Source: Marsupella aquatica
Lineage: Eukaryota; Plantae; Marchantiophyta
Length of the DNA: 64,000 nt
NCBI GenBank assembly: GCA_973895155.1
Contig: OZ316892.1
Location: 29,270,932 to 29,334,931, forward strand
Direction: 5' to 3'
The notes beneath the pieces are model-generated. The model was not told the origin of the DNA, ran no database searches, and was given only the letters and a program-made list of their open reading frames with translations. The position numbers and the translations under genes are program-made. Position 1 is the stretch's first letter, and the number at the start of each line of letters is the position of its first letter. Shown here piece by piece: positions 38,487 to 50,870 of this stretch.

Positions 38487-40412
38487 TTACTCTTCATCGT
38501 CACCAGCATCCTCATCTTCTGGAACACCCCGGAGGTACAACACATTGTTGCATCTGAAAACAAAGTAACGCCGGTGACCTCTGGTGAGACTACTCGATAA
38601 TCAATGGCAAAATGTGAGACATGTCTTCACTCATAATTGGTAAAAAGCAACTTTAGCATGACGGGTTCAGCTGTGGTCTCCTTTCTAAATCTTGCTTACC
38701 TTATAAGAACCTCGCCAAGATTGCCAGTGAACTGTCCATCGATGAACTCCTCAGTGCTCGCTAGCTGCAACAACCACTAAAATGAGACAGCCTGAAGAAC
38801 ACGGCCTTCGTCGCTCCGACCTGAACTGAGAGCAGACGGCAAGGCATGCAATCCCACAACTTACCAAAAAGCATATAATCAAGCAACGCTCAACCTATGA
38901 GGGCTCTGGTGAAACATACAAAGCGGAGAGCCAAACCTGCAAATTCATGTACGAATCCACGGACACCAGGTACCCTGCAAGATATGGAAATGCGCGGGCA
39001 AATACCCATCAAAATGAGGCAATTACTCGTGCTCATGTATAAACAATTCAAAAGGTTGAAGGAAACCAACATCACGTCTTAGACAATACAAAGGGAAGAC
39101 TGAACCCTACATCGTTCCCGATAGCCTCCTCACTCCACTCACTGCAAATCACATCAATGCTGGCCATTGTTCAGGACATTTTTTGCAAAAGCGCGAAAGA
39201 CCTCAGGAGAGGTAATATGCATCACAGAAATGCAAGGGCGTTCTGAGGAGGTTCTCCTTGCGAGGCAAGGTCTCAGCACCCAAATGCAACTCGGACGACT
39301 GTTTTATCATCACTGGTCTCGCCTCAGGTCTATTCCAATTACGGCACTCCCGTAAGACTTCCATCTATAGCAAGACAAAACGAGGGAGAGACAGAAAGCA
39401 TAACAACTGTAATTGATGTGCACACCTTTGTATTCCATCCCCCATTTCAGCTTCACGATGACGGGCTTCCCTGTCAAGTCGTTCAGGAACGGCTTCGGAT
39501 TGACTGGAACAGACTAATGCCGCTCGCATCAGAACACAAAACACAAAGAAAATGTCAGCATCATCCTAATCGCAGCAGCAGCAGTATAAACCCTAACACT
39601 CCAATTCAAAAAACACACTCCGTGTAGTAACATCACTCCTGAAGCCACTAATAACACCAGACCAGCGATGGACTGATGAGGCAATTTATGGTACTCACTG
39701 CTACTGAACAGAGTAAAGAGAACGAGGCCCTAAACGACAGAAGAATTGCGACAGATTACGAACAAGATGAACAACATAAAGCAATATAAAGAGTATGATC
39801 AGCAAACGAACTGCTACAAGAAAGGAGAGCCCAAGAAATGAACCCTCGGAGCTCAAACCCAAATCCTACTCTCGGTCGGTATTGGTAAGGACAGAAAACT
39901 GATGAAACACATTGGCAAGAGAGATGAACAGGGAAGACAAAACTGAGGGAATCCACGAAAAGGAAAAATACCGCAGATGAACAAAAGTATAAGCACCTAA
40001 AACCCTTCCGTCGGTTGGGTAAATGATTTCAGGGGGAAATTACTGCAAATAAACAAAATGAATTCAAGAAAGGAATGAACAAGGACTGGGAAACGATGAG
40101 AATCAACGAACAGAATTACACAGCAGACGAACAAACACACATAAACCTAAAACCCTTCCCTCGGTAGGGCAAATGCTTAAGGGAGAAGGACTGAAAATCA
40201 ACCAAACGCCTCACCAGAGAGTATGAACACAGCAACGGAGCAATCAATCCCAACAACCCTCCCCAACACGAACAGCTGAGAACACCGCACACAAGAGCAA
40301 CAGAGAGACGACCCCCCGAACATCAATCGATTTCTATGAACAACGCAATGCAGATCGTTCGATTTCTTCAACCACGAAAATGGAAAAGGAGAGATTGAAC
40401 GAAACGCACCAT
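38487..40412 (-). CDS. SmF: Small nuclear ribonucleoprotein F (Sm-F), 86 aa
   Basis: Exons 40410-40412 (ATG), 39426-39513, 38937-38974, 38700-38764 and 38487-38553 give [79 protein letters not shown]...; 261 nt, all introns GT-AG. First exon is inferred. Confidence 0.93.
39198..39319 (-). ncRNA. Intronic box C/D snoRNA candidate in SmF intron 2
   Basis: Minus strand: AGACC-A-GTGATGA (box C, 39307-39313), CTGA (D', 39273-39276), GTGATGC (C', 39219-39225), CTGA (D, 39203-39206), then GGTCT. Terminal stem AGACC/GGTCT; same strand as the host gene. Confidence 0.7.
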
Positions 40413-40562
40413 GGTTGGAAAATGTGAAAGCACGACGCACACAAGACCTTCGTTCCACTGCTGTCGATCAGAACCTCTGCTGCTGCTGCTGCGCGTGCTT
40501 CGTCGCCCGATGCCCAATTCAGCAGCCCGAAAGAGAAACGACGGGTTTGTCAAGTTTTGTCA
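40236..40562 (-). repeat. Inverted duplicate of the RPL14 5' UTR/ATG/intron-1 start (45337-45660)
   Basis: Collinear alignment by eye, e.g. GCTGCTGAATTGGGCATC, GCAGAGGTTCTGATCGACAGCAG, TTCACATTTTCCAACCATGGTGCGTTT, GAACGATCTGCATTGCGTTGTTCATAGAAATCGA, GATTGATTGCTCCG. Confidence 0.95.
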
Positions 40563-40655
40563 TGTTTTCTCGATGCCTTCTGTAGTCGACCACATTGTCC
40601 CTCCCTAAGTGCAAATCTCGTGTCCCAAGGGTTTTGCACTTAAAAGAGAGAAGAA

Positions 40656-41778
40656 ATTATTATTTTTTGTCTCGAAACATCTTTTGGAATTCCATTCACA
40701 AAGACAGCATACAAACAGGTGACCACCAGGGTAACACCACAGGAGGACCACAGGTCTAAAAGTGCAAAAGAAAGCCGGTGAGGCCGGCGCCAGGAAAGAG
40801 ACTAGGCCCTTAGACAAGGGGCAACCAAACAAGGAATTTAACTACTGCAGTAAGAGAAGCACACTCCAAGAGACTGGCCAGTGCTCAGGTTCCGGCAAGG
40901 TTCCATTCAGTGGGTCCGTGATAGACTTACGTTCCTATCGTCTAGCCTGCAGTGAAGAATCTAATCCTGGAAACAACTATAGTTCATGGTGGACGGGGTG
41001 GGACCGGGGGGACTTGTAGCCTGTCCACGTGTAGCGTCCACAACCCTGCATGAGCCCCATAGTCAAAACACATGTCCTGATAAGCTCTCTCCGAGGTGGT
41101 CTTCCCTATCCGGATCCTAGCACGATGTTTGGCCCAGTCCCTGCGCAGGTACACTCCGAGCCGGTGCCATGATTTCTGAATGACAGCATGCGGGCTCGAT
41201 CTGGTGTGTTCAATAAAGTGGGAACTCCGATCCTTCCAGATGTTCCAACATACAACTGCCCTTAAGATATGCCACAACTTGCCTGGTACATCCCACTCCT
41301 CAGGTAGGGGCTCGCCTACAAAAATGTGAATCGGTTGTAAGTTGAGCGTGGTATTACCAGTGTGTGAAGCCAAGCAAAGAGTGTACCGAGCCCAGTTCCA
41401 AATGACCTGGGAGACTGGGCAGCTCCAAATGCAATGGCTTATGTCCTCCTGTTTCATCAAGTTGCACCGGATGCACCAGGTTGACTCGTCATGAACTGGG
41501 AGCTGCGGGTTCCGCCAATGCTGTGTTGCAGGAATCCGGTACAGAAGCTGCCAAAGGTAGCAATTCTCTGATGCTACCCTGAAAGGCATCCATGTGTTGC
41601 TCCATAGTGTCATGGGGGCTGGGCACCAATGTAGCAGTGTAGCCCATTTAGTCAAGGCCTTGTGAAGTCCAGTCCTCGCATGTCCCTGGAGCTTTCTGAG
41701 ATGCGCAGTACAAGTATCAATGAATGTCACTCCAATGGTACTGTAGGAGAATAGCGAGGTCTCCAGTGGGGTTACCAA
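40656..41778 (-). mobile_element. 5'-truncated L1-like LINE (C-terminal zf-RVT region of ORF2, 3' UTR, A-rich tail)
   Basis: ORF 40984-41778 has LWQLLY..PA, CIRC....EDISHCIWSC and W.IWK.R motifs. AAAAAATAATAAT tail on minus at ~40656-40668. Confidence 0.85.
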
Positions 41779-41891
41779 TGCGCTGCCTAATAGTGTTATT
41801 GGCCCCGGAGGTCCTAATCAGCACACGAGAATGCCCTCTTAGCTCGAGTTTTGAGAACATCTTGATGCCCAAAACAAGACACTCATTTTAT

Positions 41892-42332
41892 CTAGGTTTA
41901 ACCTGAGGGGCAAGTTTATGGCTTGCCGGGCACGTAAAATCGTCAAATGACGGTTCCGAAACGGTCAGTTTGACGTATAATCTTTGATATTCCCTTGGAT
42001 TCCCCCGGTCTCCAAACTCCCGACCTGACCCAGCTCCCGACCCACCCGGGACCCCACCCCGCCCCAGCCCACCCAAACCCAGCCTCCCGAACTCACCTTC
42101 CGGCCTCCCGAACTCTTCCTGAACCCCTCCTCAACCTCCTGAACCCCTCCCAAACCCCTACCAAAATGCCTCCCGAGCCTCCCAAACTCCTCCCAAACCC
42201 GGCCTTCCGAACCCCTCCCTGGCCTCCTGAACCCATCCCAAACCCCGACTCCGGAAGACCGGGCGACCGGTTTACGTATTTACCGGTTTGACGGTGAAAA
42301 TCCCCCAGTTTGACAGGCAAGGTCAAACCAGA
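41892..42332. mobile_element. Putative hAT-like MITE
   Basis: 8-bp direct repeat CATTTTAT at 41884-41891 and 42333-42340; imperfect TIRs containing GGTTT(A/G)ACCT; C-rich interior with CCCGA/AACCC motifs. Confidence 0.5.
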
Positions 42333-45189
42333 CATTTTATTAATAACTAGCATAATTACCCGTACTTTCATCTTACTAATAACTAGCCTCAGAGTTAATA
42401 AATGTTGACCCTAGATGAGAGCAGATGACCAAAGCTTCTTCAAATAATTGAAAAGAGCTGATTGTTCACCATAGCTCTCGACCCTCAATGACACAACTGA
42501 TCTCTTCACAAGCAGCCTCCCTAATCCATTGACTCTCTTCACATGCGGCCCCTACTCCACCAACTCTCTTCACATTCGGCCCTTATTTCAAATGCCGTGC
42601 AGTACTCCGAGCACTACACCCCAATTCCCATTTTTCACCCCCACCCCTAATTTGATTATTGCCCACTAACTCATTGAACATAAATAGAAACCAAGACAAT
42701 AAAGAGTCATGCAATAGAAATAATTATATAATACTACAAGCCCCATGCCTGTGCATTGCACCTCGCAAGGAGGGCTGGGCCATAGGGAGTCGGGCCGGGC
42801 CATTTATGGGGCAGCATGGGGAAGCACATATGCGCCAGGGGTGCACATTTATTTCATCAATGATAAGGGAAAACAGCCAAACAAATCCAACCGCTGTGGA
42901 TCTTTCCCGCCCAGGAGCTTTTTCGTATTGGGACGAAGGACGAAAAAATGTGGGATCCCTTATGATTGTTGTAGATTTCATGTTCATTTTTGCCCATCTT
43001 TGTTTGTTGTTCACTTAACTTTTTTGTTTTGTCTTTATTGAGGGTTACAGTCTAGAGGCTTCACTCTACACATTAACCCTCAAAAGTAGTTGTGCATTGT
43101 GCTATATTAGTGAGATTTGCAAAGGGAAGTTACTTTTAAGGCCAATTGTCTTGAGTGAAATCTCTAGAGAGTAATTTTAATAAAGACAAGAATGACAATG
43201 ATTATTAATAAGGACAACACATTAGGCTGGGCATGGACAAAAACTAGGGATGGGAGCAAAAATAAACAAAAGTGACATTGACAAAAATGAAATAAGGTGG
43301 GACCAAAACCAAGGATGGGGCAAAGATGAAATGTGTTTAAAATAGGCTTTATGTGCAACAATAGCCACTCAAAACTAGAGCTTAAGCATTCTTGTTTTGT
43401 GGCATAGTGGCCCACAGTTCTCTGGTACCAGGACATTATGATAAACACACTTAGAGAGTATAGGTTTCCTTAAACTGTAGAGATGAATGCTGCAAACAGA
43501 ATAACTTCTTAGGCCAAAAGGTCACTTCCTCTAAAGTCTCTCCAAAAAATGAAAAATCTCACGGTGAGATGCAACTATGCCCAGCAAGCAACTGAAGCGC
43601 AAACAACAACACTCCTGTGCGTGTTGAGCAGAGGAACTCGAGGGCAATGGAAATAGCACCTGCAACAATGTATGGGAGGGCTCATAAGGAGCCTCAAGAT
43701 TGGTTTACATGCTAAATTTTCAGTTAGTATTTTAGAAAGTCTTGAGAAGTGCAGATTTAAGGGAGATTGCAATAAACACTAAATGCAAAAATGAAGGTCA
43801 ATTTACAATTTCTCATAATTGCAATGAACTAAGTTTAAATCAACAAAGGATTTCTAGAGATAAAACCTGTTAGCATCAATCAGTGCAATAATTATCAATC
43901 ACTCCAAAATTGCACTAAACCCCATTGTCCCAGAAGTTGTGGGAAGACAAAGTAGTCAAGTTTGGCCAACTTTCTTAAATTCCGCTAAGAACATTTAACT
44001 AATTATGGCTCATAGTATAGTATGGGACCTGGATCCATTGGGTTTTGAAAAATGGACTAGTTGTATAAGCCAAACTTGCACTTAGTCATTTGGTCTTTAA
44101 AAACTTGTTTTGTCTTTGCTGCTGAGAATTCCTTTGTCTGCCTAAGCAAAACCTGATGATCCATCTTACTACAATTAATAAAAAATGTCTCAACAAAATT
44201 AAAAATAGTGTGCTAAAAGTGTAAAATGATGCTCCTGTGGACCACATTTCCCCAAATTTGAGTTTAATTGTAATTATTTGATACTCGTAAATTCAAATAG
44301 TTTTAGTTTTAAGAATGTGCTAGAGTAGTAGGTAAGCTACACTTGCATGAAGGTGAGAGTGACTTTTTGGCCATTTTGGTTGAGTTATTCATATTCGAAT
44401 ACTGAAAGGTAAATTTCAATAGATTTATTTTCATTGTGTTTTTTTTTGTCTCCTCCTTCTCCAGTTGCCTTGTAGGCAAAAAACTAAATATTATCTTAAG
44501 ACTCATAATCATCATCTACAACTATAATAGGCAATCCCGCCATTTTCATCTTGCGTCCCATTACAAAATTCAATATCGGCGGGAATCAAAACTGGGTGTT
44601 AGATATTTGAGTGGATTTATCGTATCCAATTCACTCACAAGGACTTCCGCTCCCAACAATATGATCCGGTTCCTCTACGCCTGCCTCGCGAATACGTGCC
44701 TCATGCCAGACCCTCACATTGCCATCAATGAGGGGATACTGATGCCTCATCATTCCCTCCCTCCCTCGCGAATGCTCCCCCCATGCCTCCATCAGTCCAT
44801 CCCCTCCCCTCCGTGCTTCATCATTCCCTCTCCCCTCCGTGTCTCATCATTCTCCCTACCTTGCGAATCCCCTCGACCTTAGCAATTCCCTCCCTCCCTT
44901 CATTATGGACAATCCCCCCTCGCAAATGCTCCCTCCGATATGGGCCGGCCCTCCTTGCTCAGTGCAACGCACTGGCATAGGGCTCGTCAATTATAAATCC
45001 CAAACCCATATGGACCACATTTTGGGAGTGTACAACATGGATGTCCATCTGGGCTTCACTCTATTTTGTATTCCCACAATTTCAGAGAGTGCCGCCGTGG
45101 TTGCAGTTTGAGAGGATGACGTGATCACCTGGTTCCATGGAACTCTTTCACCCCCAAAGTTGAAAGGCGAGGGTAACGGCACACCGTTA

Positions 45190-45301
45190 AGCCCGACGGC
45201 CCAGTACAGTACTCATGAGCCCTCCATCCAATGCACAGCCGCCAAATCCAGCGGTCCCCTGGGTCCGCAATCGACGGCCTCAGATCGAGCCCTAACCCTA
45301 A
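45190..45301 (+). promoter_or_regulatory. Site II motif and telo-box upstream of RPL14
   Basis: GGCCCA at 45198-45203 and CCCTAACCCTAA at 45290-45301, the usual plant ribosomal-protein promoter pair. Confidence 0.6.
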
Positions 45302-45485
45302 TCGTTTTGCCTCACTCCGTCGCTCTAGTGAGGTTTTGACAAAACCTGCGAAGCCCGTCGAGAGTCTCTCTTTCGTGCTGCTGAATTGGGCATCCGGAGA
45401 CGAAGCTCGCAGTCGCAGCAGAGGTTCTGATCGACAGCAGCGGAACGAAGGTCGTTTGTGCGTCGTCTGTTCACATTTTCCAACC

Positions 45486-46463
45486 ATGGTGCGTTTGGTC
45501 TAATATCTCCTTTTCCCTTTTGCCGTTCGCGAAACCGAACGATCTGCATTGCGTTGTTCATAGAAATCGAATGATGTTCGGGTCGTCGTCTCTTGTTGCT
45601 CTTGTGTGCGTTGTTCTCAGCTGTTCGTGTTGGGGAGGGTTGTTGTGATTGATTGCTCCGCCCCTTACAAGAAGCGGAATTCTGTGCTTTGTGGTCATCC
45701 AGCCGTTCAGGCGTTATGTCGAGATTGGGAGGGTGGCGCTCGTCAATTACGGGCCCCAGTATGGCAAGCTAGTCGTCATCGTGGACGTCATTGACCAGAA
45801 TCGGGTATGTTGCTGCAATGAATGTTAGTCGTTGCTGGATGTGATTGATGTACTTTTCCTTCTGTATAGTGTAGCTTTGCTCATCATATCCCCTTCTACA
45901 ATCGAATGAAGTTCCTGATTTGTTTCATATCCTTGTATGCAGGCTCTGGTCGATTCTCCGGACGTTGTCAGGACCCAGGTTAACTTCAAGAGGCTGTCCC
46001 TCACCGATATCAAGATTGACATTTCTAGGAATCCGAAGAAAAAGGAATTGAAGGCAGCTATTGATGCAGCAGGTGAGAGACACCTTCTCTTTGCGGGTAG
46101 CTACTGTACTGTGATTACCTCCTAATGTTGTTATGTAGACTGGATACCCTAATCTAGACTACTGACGGTTTGTGAAATGTTCCCATCCGATGTTGTGTAG
46201 ATGTCGCTGGAAAATGGGAGAAGAGCTCTTGGGGTAGGAAACTCATCGTTCAGAAGAAGAGGGCGAGTCTCAACGATTTTGACCGGTTCAAGGTCATGGT
46301 TGCGCGGATAAAGGTATGATTCGTTTAACCTCTCCGTTGACATCTGATGATGATGTTCCCTTTCTCCGAGTGTTATCTAAATGGTGTCTCTTTTCGGCAA
46401 TTTCAGAGAAGCTCGATCATCAAGAGAGAGCTTTGCAAATTAAAGAAGGAGATCAAGGCGTGA
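45486..46463 (+). CDS. RPL14: 60S ribosomal protein L14 (eL14), 134 aa
   Basis: Exons 45486-45488, 45703-45804, 45943-46072, 46201-46313 and 46407-46463 (405 nt): [18 protein letters not shown]...DVIDQNRALVD...[10 protein letters not shown]. Confidence 0.97.
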
Positions 46464-48586
46464 CTCTACTCATGAATAGGGTCTGTGAAAGAGAGCTCGG
46501 TTTGCTGCTACTTTAGGTATTTTTTTCCAGCAAGCTGCGGAAATTTGTGCGGAAATCTATGCCACGAGTAATACAATTGTCTTCCAGATCAGTGTATGTA
46601 ATATATCACTGGTCCATTGGACTCGGAAATTTTTATCGCCTTGGTGGTGTCTTCTGCTTTGCTGCGGCTTTGGTCTCGCCATGATATGACTCTATTTTCC
46701 CGAAAGCATTCCCTGACAAATTGAAGGTTTTCGGGGGTCCGATTGCCGATTACTTGGACAGTTTTATGGGTGTTTGTGTCCCGGTGAAAAGCGAAGGGGT
46801 GGACTCTCAAGAAGTGTATTGCACCGATTACTAGCCCGGCATGCCCACATTAAGGAAGATGTTTTCCGCGTCAGAACTTGTGACTGGCCGGACATCTGTA
46901 TTAGGTTTTACTTTTCGTTCCCTTTCTGATTGAAGGAAGTCGTTTTACGAATCCACAATAAGTTTTCGCGTCAAAGAACTGACTGCGTCGGACTGCTGTA
47001 AGTTCCGGGACGACTTGAATCCCGCGCCCTAAATGAGTGTAGGGCCTATTTTTGAATAGTTCATTGCAATCCAATTGGGCCTTTCTTCCTGAGTTCTCTC
47101 CGTGGGGATTGGAAGCTTACCTTCCAAACAGATCACTTTTCCCGCAACATTTCCTTTGATGACCAGCCAACGGAGCGAATGAGAAATCCAGATTGAAAGT
47201 TAGAACTTCGCAGCCTCACTGAAGAAGAATATCGATGTGTCCCGAGCTCCTGGGGAGGATGCATCAGGTGAGTTTTTCGTTCACGTTGTGCAGTCATTTG
47301 GTGACATTCGTCAGTGATGTATAGTCCATGTCCGCCTGGAGAATCATTGGAGTATCCCTGATGAGGGAGAATTGAAGAAGAATTGAGATTTGTACGATTC
47401 CATCAGAGTACTCCCGTCAGTGCAACGTAGCATAGTTCGGAGGTCATTGGGTTACATGAGAGGGTCGACGTTTTACATTGTTCATTCAGATGAACCGATG
47501 GATTTGAAAATTGGCAAGGTTTTCTACAATCGAATGGAAGGAAGAAATGTTCTCTTCTGGCCCCGCTTCTGGCCTATCGTGAGGTATAGATTACCAGACA
47601 GTGGATAATGGAATCTTCCTGAAGTGGGCTCAATGCTTTTGCGGGAAATTGGAAATCGTAGTATGACCCTTGTGAGGAAAGAAGCCTTCAGCCCTTGCCT
47701 TCAGTTCTACGAAGGAAGCCTTCAACCCTGGCCTTGATTTCTACCTAAATCTACTGTCGGTCCGAATGTCTTCAGACCTGGAAGACATCTCACCTTCGTC
47801 TCTACAGAGCTGGGCATTCAATCAGCCAAAGTGCCCAGAGTCAAAATTTGACTTCTATCGAGAATCTAAGAGAAATCCAGCAATTTCGCTCTTCAGTTCA
47901 TCTCAACTTTTCTTACAAGTCTCAGTGACACAGCACGACTCTGTGCATGCAATAGCAGGGTAGTTGGAGTCTGGATAGTCCTCCGCATATAGCTTCTGGC
48001 AGCTTAACGAGAACGAGGTCATGTGTTTTCGATTTGTCTGTGAGGGGTCAGGTCGGGTGACGAGAGCTGGGGGAAGGATTGTGATTTTACAGTCGAAGCG
48101 TGGGTTTTGGGTTCCTCGAAATTGTTTTTGGGGATTTGGGGGATTCGGGGTTGGTGTTCTAGTGGGTTTCAATGGGTGTTTGTGGGACCGAACCCATGTA
48201 GATTTGACACAAAAGGTAATGCAAATTGGTGCGTTCAACCTTGACCATTGCAAGTAGAATTGACATGTCTGGTCGCATGGCGTATCAGAGTAATCACGCG
48301 AGTGAAAGTGAATAAACAGGGACCCAATACACATCTGTCAAACCAACCAATTCACAGAACAAACACTTCCTAATCAAGGACCCAATACGCATCGGACCCA
48401 ATACGCATCGGACCCAATACGCATCTGTCAAACCAACAATTTTACGAAGACCTGTTGGAAAGGAGTAATGATGAAATCCCTTGCTTTCCACGGAAGCCAT
48501 TGTAGATCCAAGGGAGAGTTAATTATCCTGCGTGTAATGAATTCCCTTCGTTGATGGAACGAAGTGTAGTAGATCTTGACATCTGT

Positions 48587-48870
48587 ACCCAAGGGTAGGG
48601 TACTAAAATTAATCACTACCAGATCCTTGGGTTTTTATTGTATGTTCAAGGGTAGGGTATTCCAGAATACTACTATCAGATTTGATGCATGAACATACAA
48701 TAAAACCCAAGGGTAGGGCATTCCAGAATACTACTACCAGATTTGATCCTTGAACATACAATAAAACCCAAGGGTAGGGCATTCCAGAATACTACTACCA
48801 GATTTGATCCTTGAACATACACTAAAACCCAAGGGTTGGGTATTGCAGAATATTACTTCCAGATTCTTGA
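48587..48870. repeat. Tandem array of ~61-bp units with one internal micro-inversion
   Basis: TAAAACCCAAGGGTAGGGCATTCCAGAATACTACTACCAGATTTGATCCTTGAACATACAA, about 4.5 copies. Confidence 0.9.
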
Positions 48871-49114
48871 AATATATAATAGCTGTTCAGAACTAAGAGG
48901 GTTCTGAGGAGGGAGTAGAGATTTTCTACTTTGGCCATGTTGGTATGGGAAGATGAATTTGAATCCAGATGGGGATCCTGCTGCCACTGTTCTAACTTAC
49001 TGAAACCCTTCTTGAATTTTTTCCCTTGCATGTATGTACAAGGTTATGAGGCATTACCCCAGGTTTGCACATCATGTTTATTTATGCGGCCACTATTACA
49101 TATGATCTCGGATT

Positions 49115-49245
49115 AAGTACCATCAAACAAAAGCAAATTAAATGGGTGCAGTTCTCTTCTTGACAAGAAGAGCTGTCCCTAAGTACCATCAAACAAAAGC
49201 AAATTAAATGGGTGCAGTTCTCTTCTTGACAAGAAGAGCTGTCCC
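49115..49245. repeat. Direct tandem duplication, 2 x ~65 bp
   Basis: TAAGTACCATCAAACAAAAGC...GACAAGAAGAGCTGTCCC twice. Confidence 0.92.
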
Positions 49246-49348
49246 CTTTTAATCTTATAGCGCTATCCCTCTGGTCATGCACTGTTTACTGTAATTAACG
49301 TTATGTAAGAATTAGTGTTACCTACCAAATTAATTTTAGTAACACTAA

Positions 49349-50870
49349 CTTTGCTGAAAGTGATCTTGAGTCCTTGGCTTCTTGTAACAAAAGATAGAGA
49401 GATGGAGATGCGGTTGGATTGCGCCGAAGGTGATCTCGCACATTGGCTGTCCAATGTTCGTAATGCTTATCCAAACTGTGTATCAATTGCATGATTTGGA
49501 CAGCAGAATCAACCACAATTTTAATGGCAGCACACCAATCAAGAGCATCTCGGTATTGTGTAGTAAAAATCTCCATATCTTCGCCACGGTATTGAAGTTT
49601 GATGAAAGTCACCCAAGTGTTGTGCTTCTGAATGATGGCTTGAGGCTGGTATATCTGCTTCAACTTATCCCAGCAAGCGGCCGCAGTGAGCACAGATGCT
49701 AGCATACTTTGAATGTGTGGTTTGCAATTAGAGAGAATAATCATACGAGCATGTGCAGCTTGAGCATTGTAAGATTCTAAACGAGCTTGAAACTGATAGG
49801 CCTTCTTGTCCACTTCTTGTACCGGAGGAACTGCAGTACCATCAATAAATTTCCACCCACCTGAAGATGCAAGACTAGAGGAGACAAGTAAATTCCACTG
49901 CTCATAGTTTGAGCCTCCTTCAAGTTTAGGCAGCAGATGACTAGAATCACAATATGTGAATGCCATGAGAAACCTCAAAAGAAGGAAGCAAGGAGAGGGA
50001 AAATGATGAGAGTATTAGACAAGTAAATTCCACTGCTCATAGTTTGAGCCTTCTTCAAGTTTAGGCAGCAGATGACTAGAATCACAATATGTGAATGCCA
50101 TGAGAAACCTCAAAAGAAGGAAGCAAGGAGAGAGAAAATGATGAGAGTATTGATCAAATAAAGGCCCATAACCTATGATCAGGAGTATCAACGAGGTAAA
50201 AACGTACACGGAAGTACGTGAAGAGTATCATCAACAAATTTCCACCCACCTGAAGATGCAAGACTAGAGGAGACAAGTAAATTCCACTGCTCATAGTTTG
50301 AGCCTCCTTCAAGTTTAGGCAGCAGATGACTAGAATCACGATATGTGAATGCCATGAGAAACCTCAAAAGAAGGAAGCGAGGAGAGAGAAAATGATGAGA
50401 GTATTGATCAAATAAAGGCCCATAACCTATGATCAGGAGTATCAATGAGGTAAAAATGCACACGAAAGTACTTGAAGAGACTACATGTGAAGAACTCAAA
50501 ACTGTGAGAATTGGAGACAGAAAATAGTAAACATCGAGTCCATGAGTTCCAGTGAATATGCCTCGAATCCTCTATTGAATATTGAACTCTGAGTTCCCCG
50601 AGAATCAAAACCAGACATAAATACATCACCCATGAGCATTACTCACTCGGAGAGAAAGCTAGTTTGAATTCTTAACTGGATAAACATGAGGATCGAGCAT
50701 CCACTAGACAGGAGTGGGGAGAGCAGAGCACAACTCGGGTTGAGTCCCAGCTGTCAAAACACCCTGCGTCCTTTTACATGTAAGGACAGTAAGCGGTGCA
50801 GGAAAAATCACAAAACGACAGAAAGAACGTCCAGACAAAGAACAGTAAAGGGACAGAATACCCTTTCACA
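49349..50870 (-). mobile_element. Truncated Ty1/Copia element: putative 5' LTR (50430-50870), PBS, gag fragment with internal duplications
   Basis: TGTGAAAG...CTGATCA LTR-like ends; PBS GGTTATGGGCC at 50417-50427 and again at 50163-50173; ORF 49322-49978 has Copia Gag motifs PKLEGGSNYEQW and A..CWDKLKQIY. Confidence 0.78.

Noticed and set aside
39550-39640. Second snoRNA in SmF intron 1
   Set aside because: Degenerate box C, no terminal stem, and the CTGA overlaps the likely branch point.
40198-40608. Second RPL14 paralogue on the minus strand
   Set aside because: Homology stops within intron 1; the downstream exons encode SmF, not RPL14.
47100-48000. Possible gene downstream of RPL14 (TGGGCC motifs, CAG/GTGAGT donor, short ORFs)
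   Set aside because: No recognisable product or coherent exon chain.
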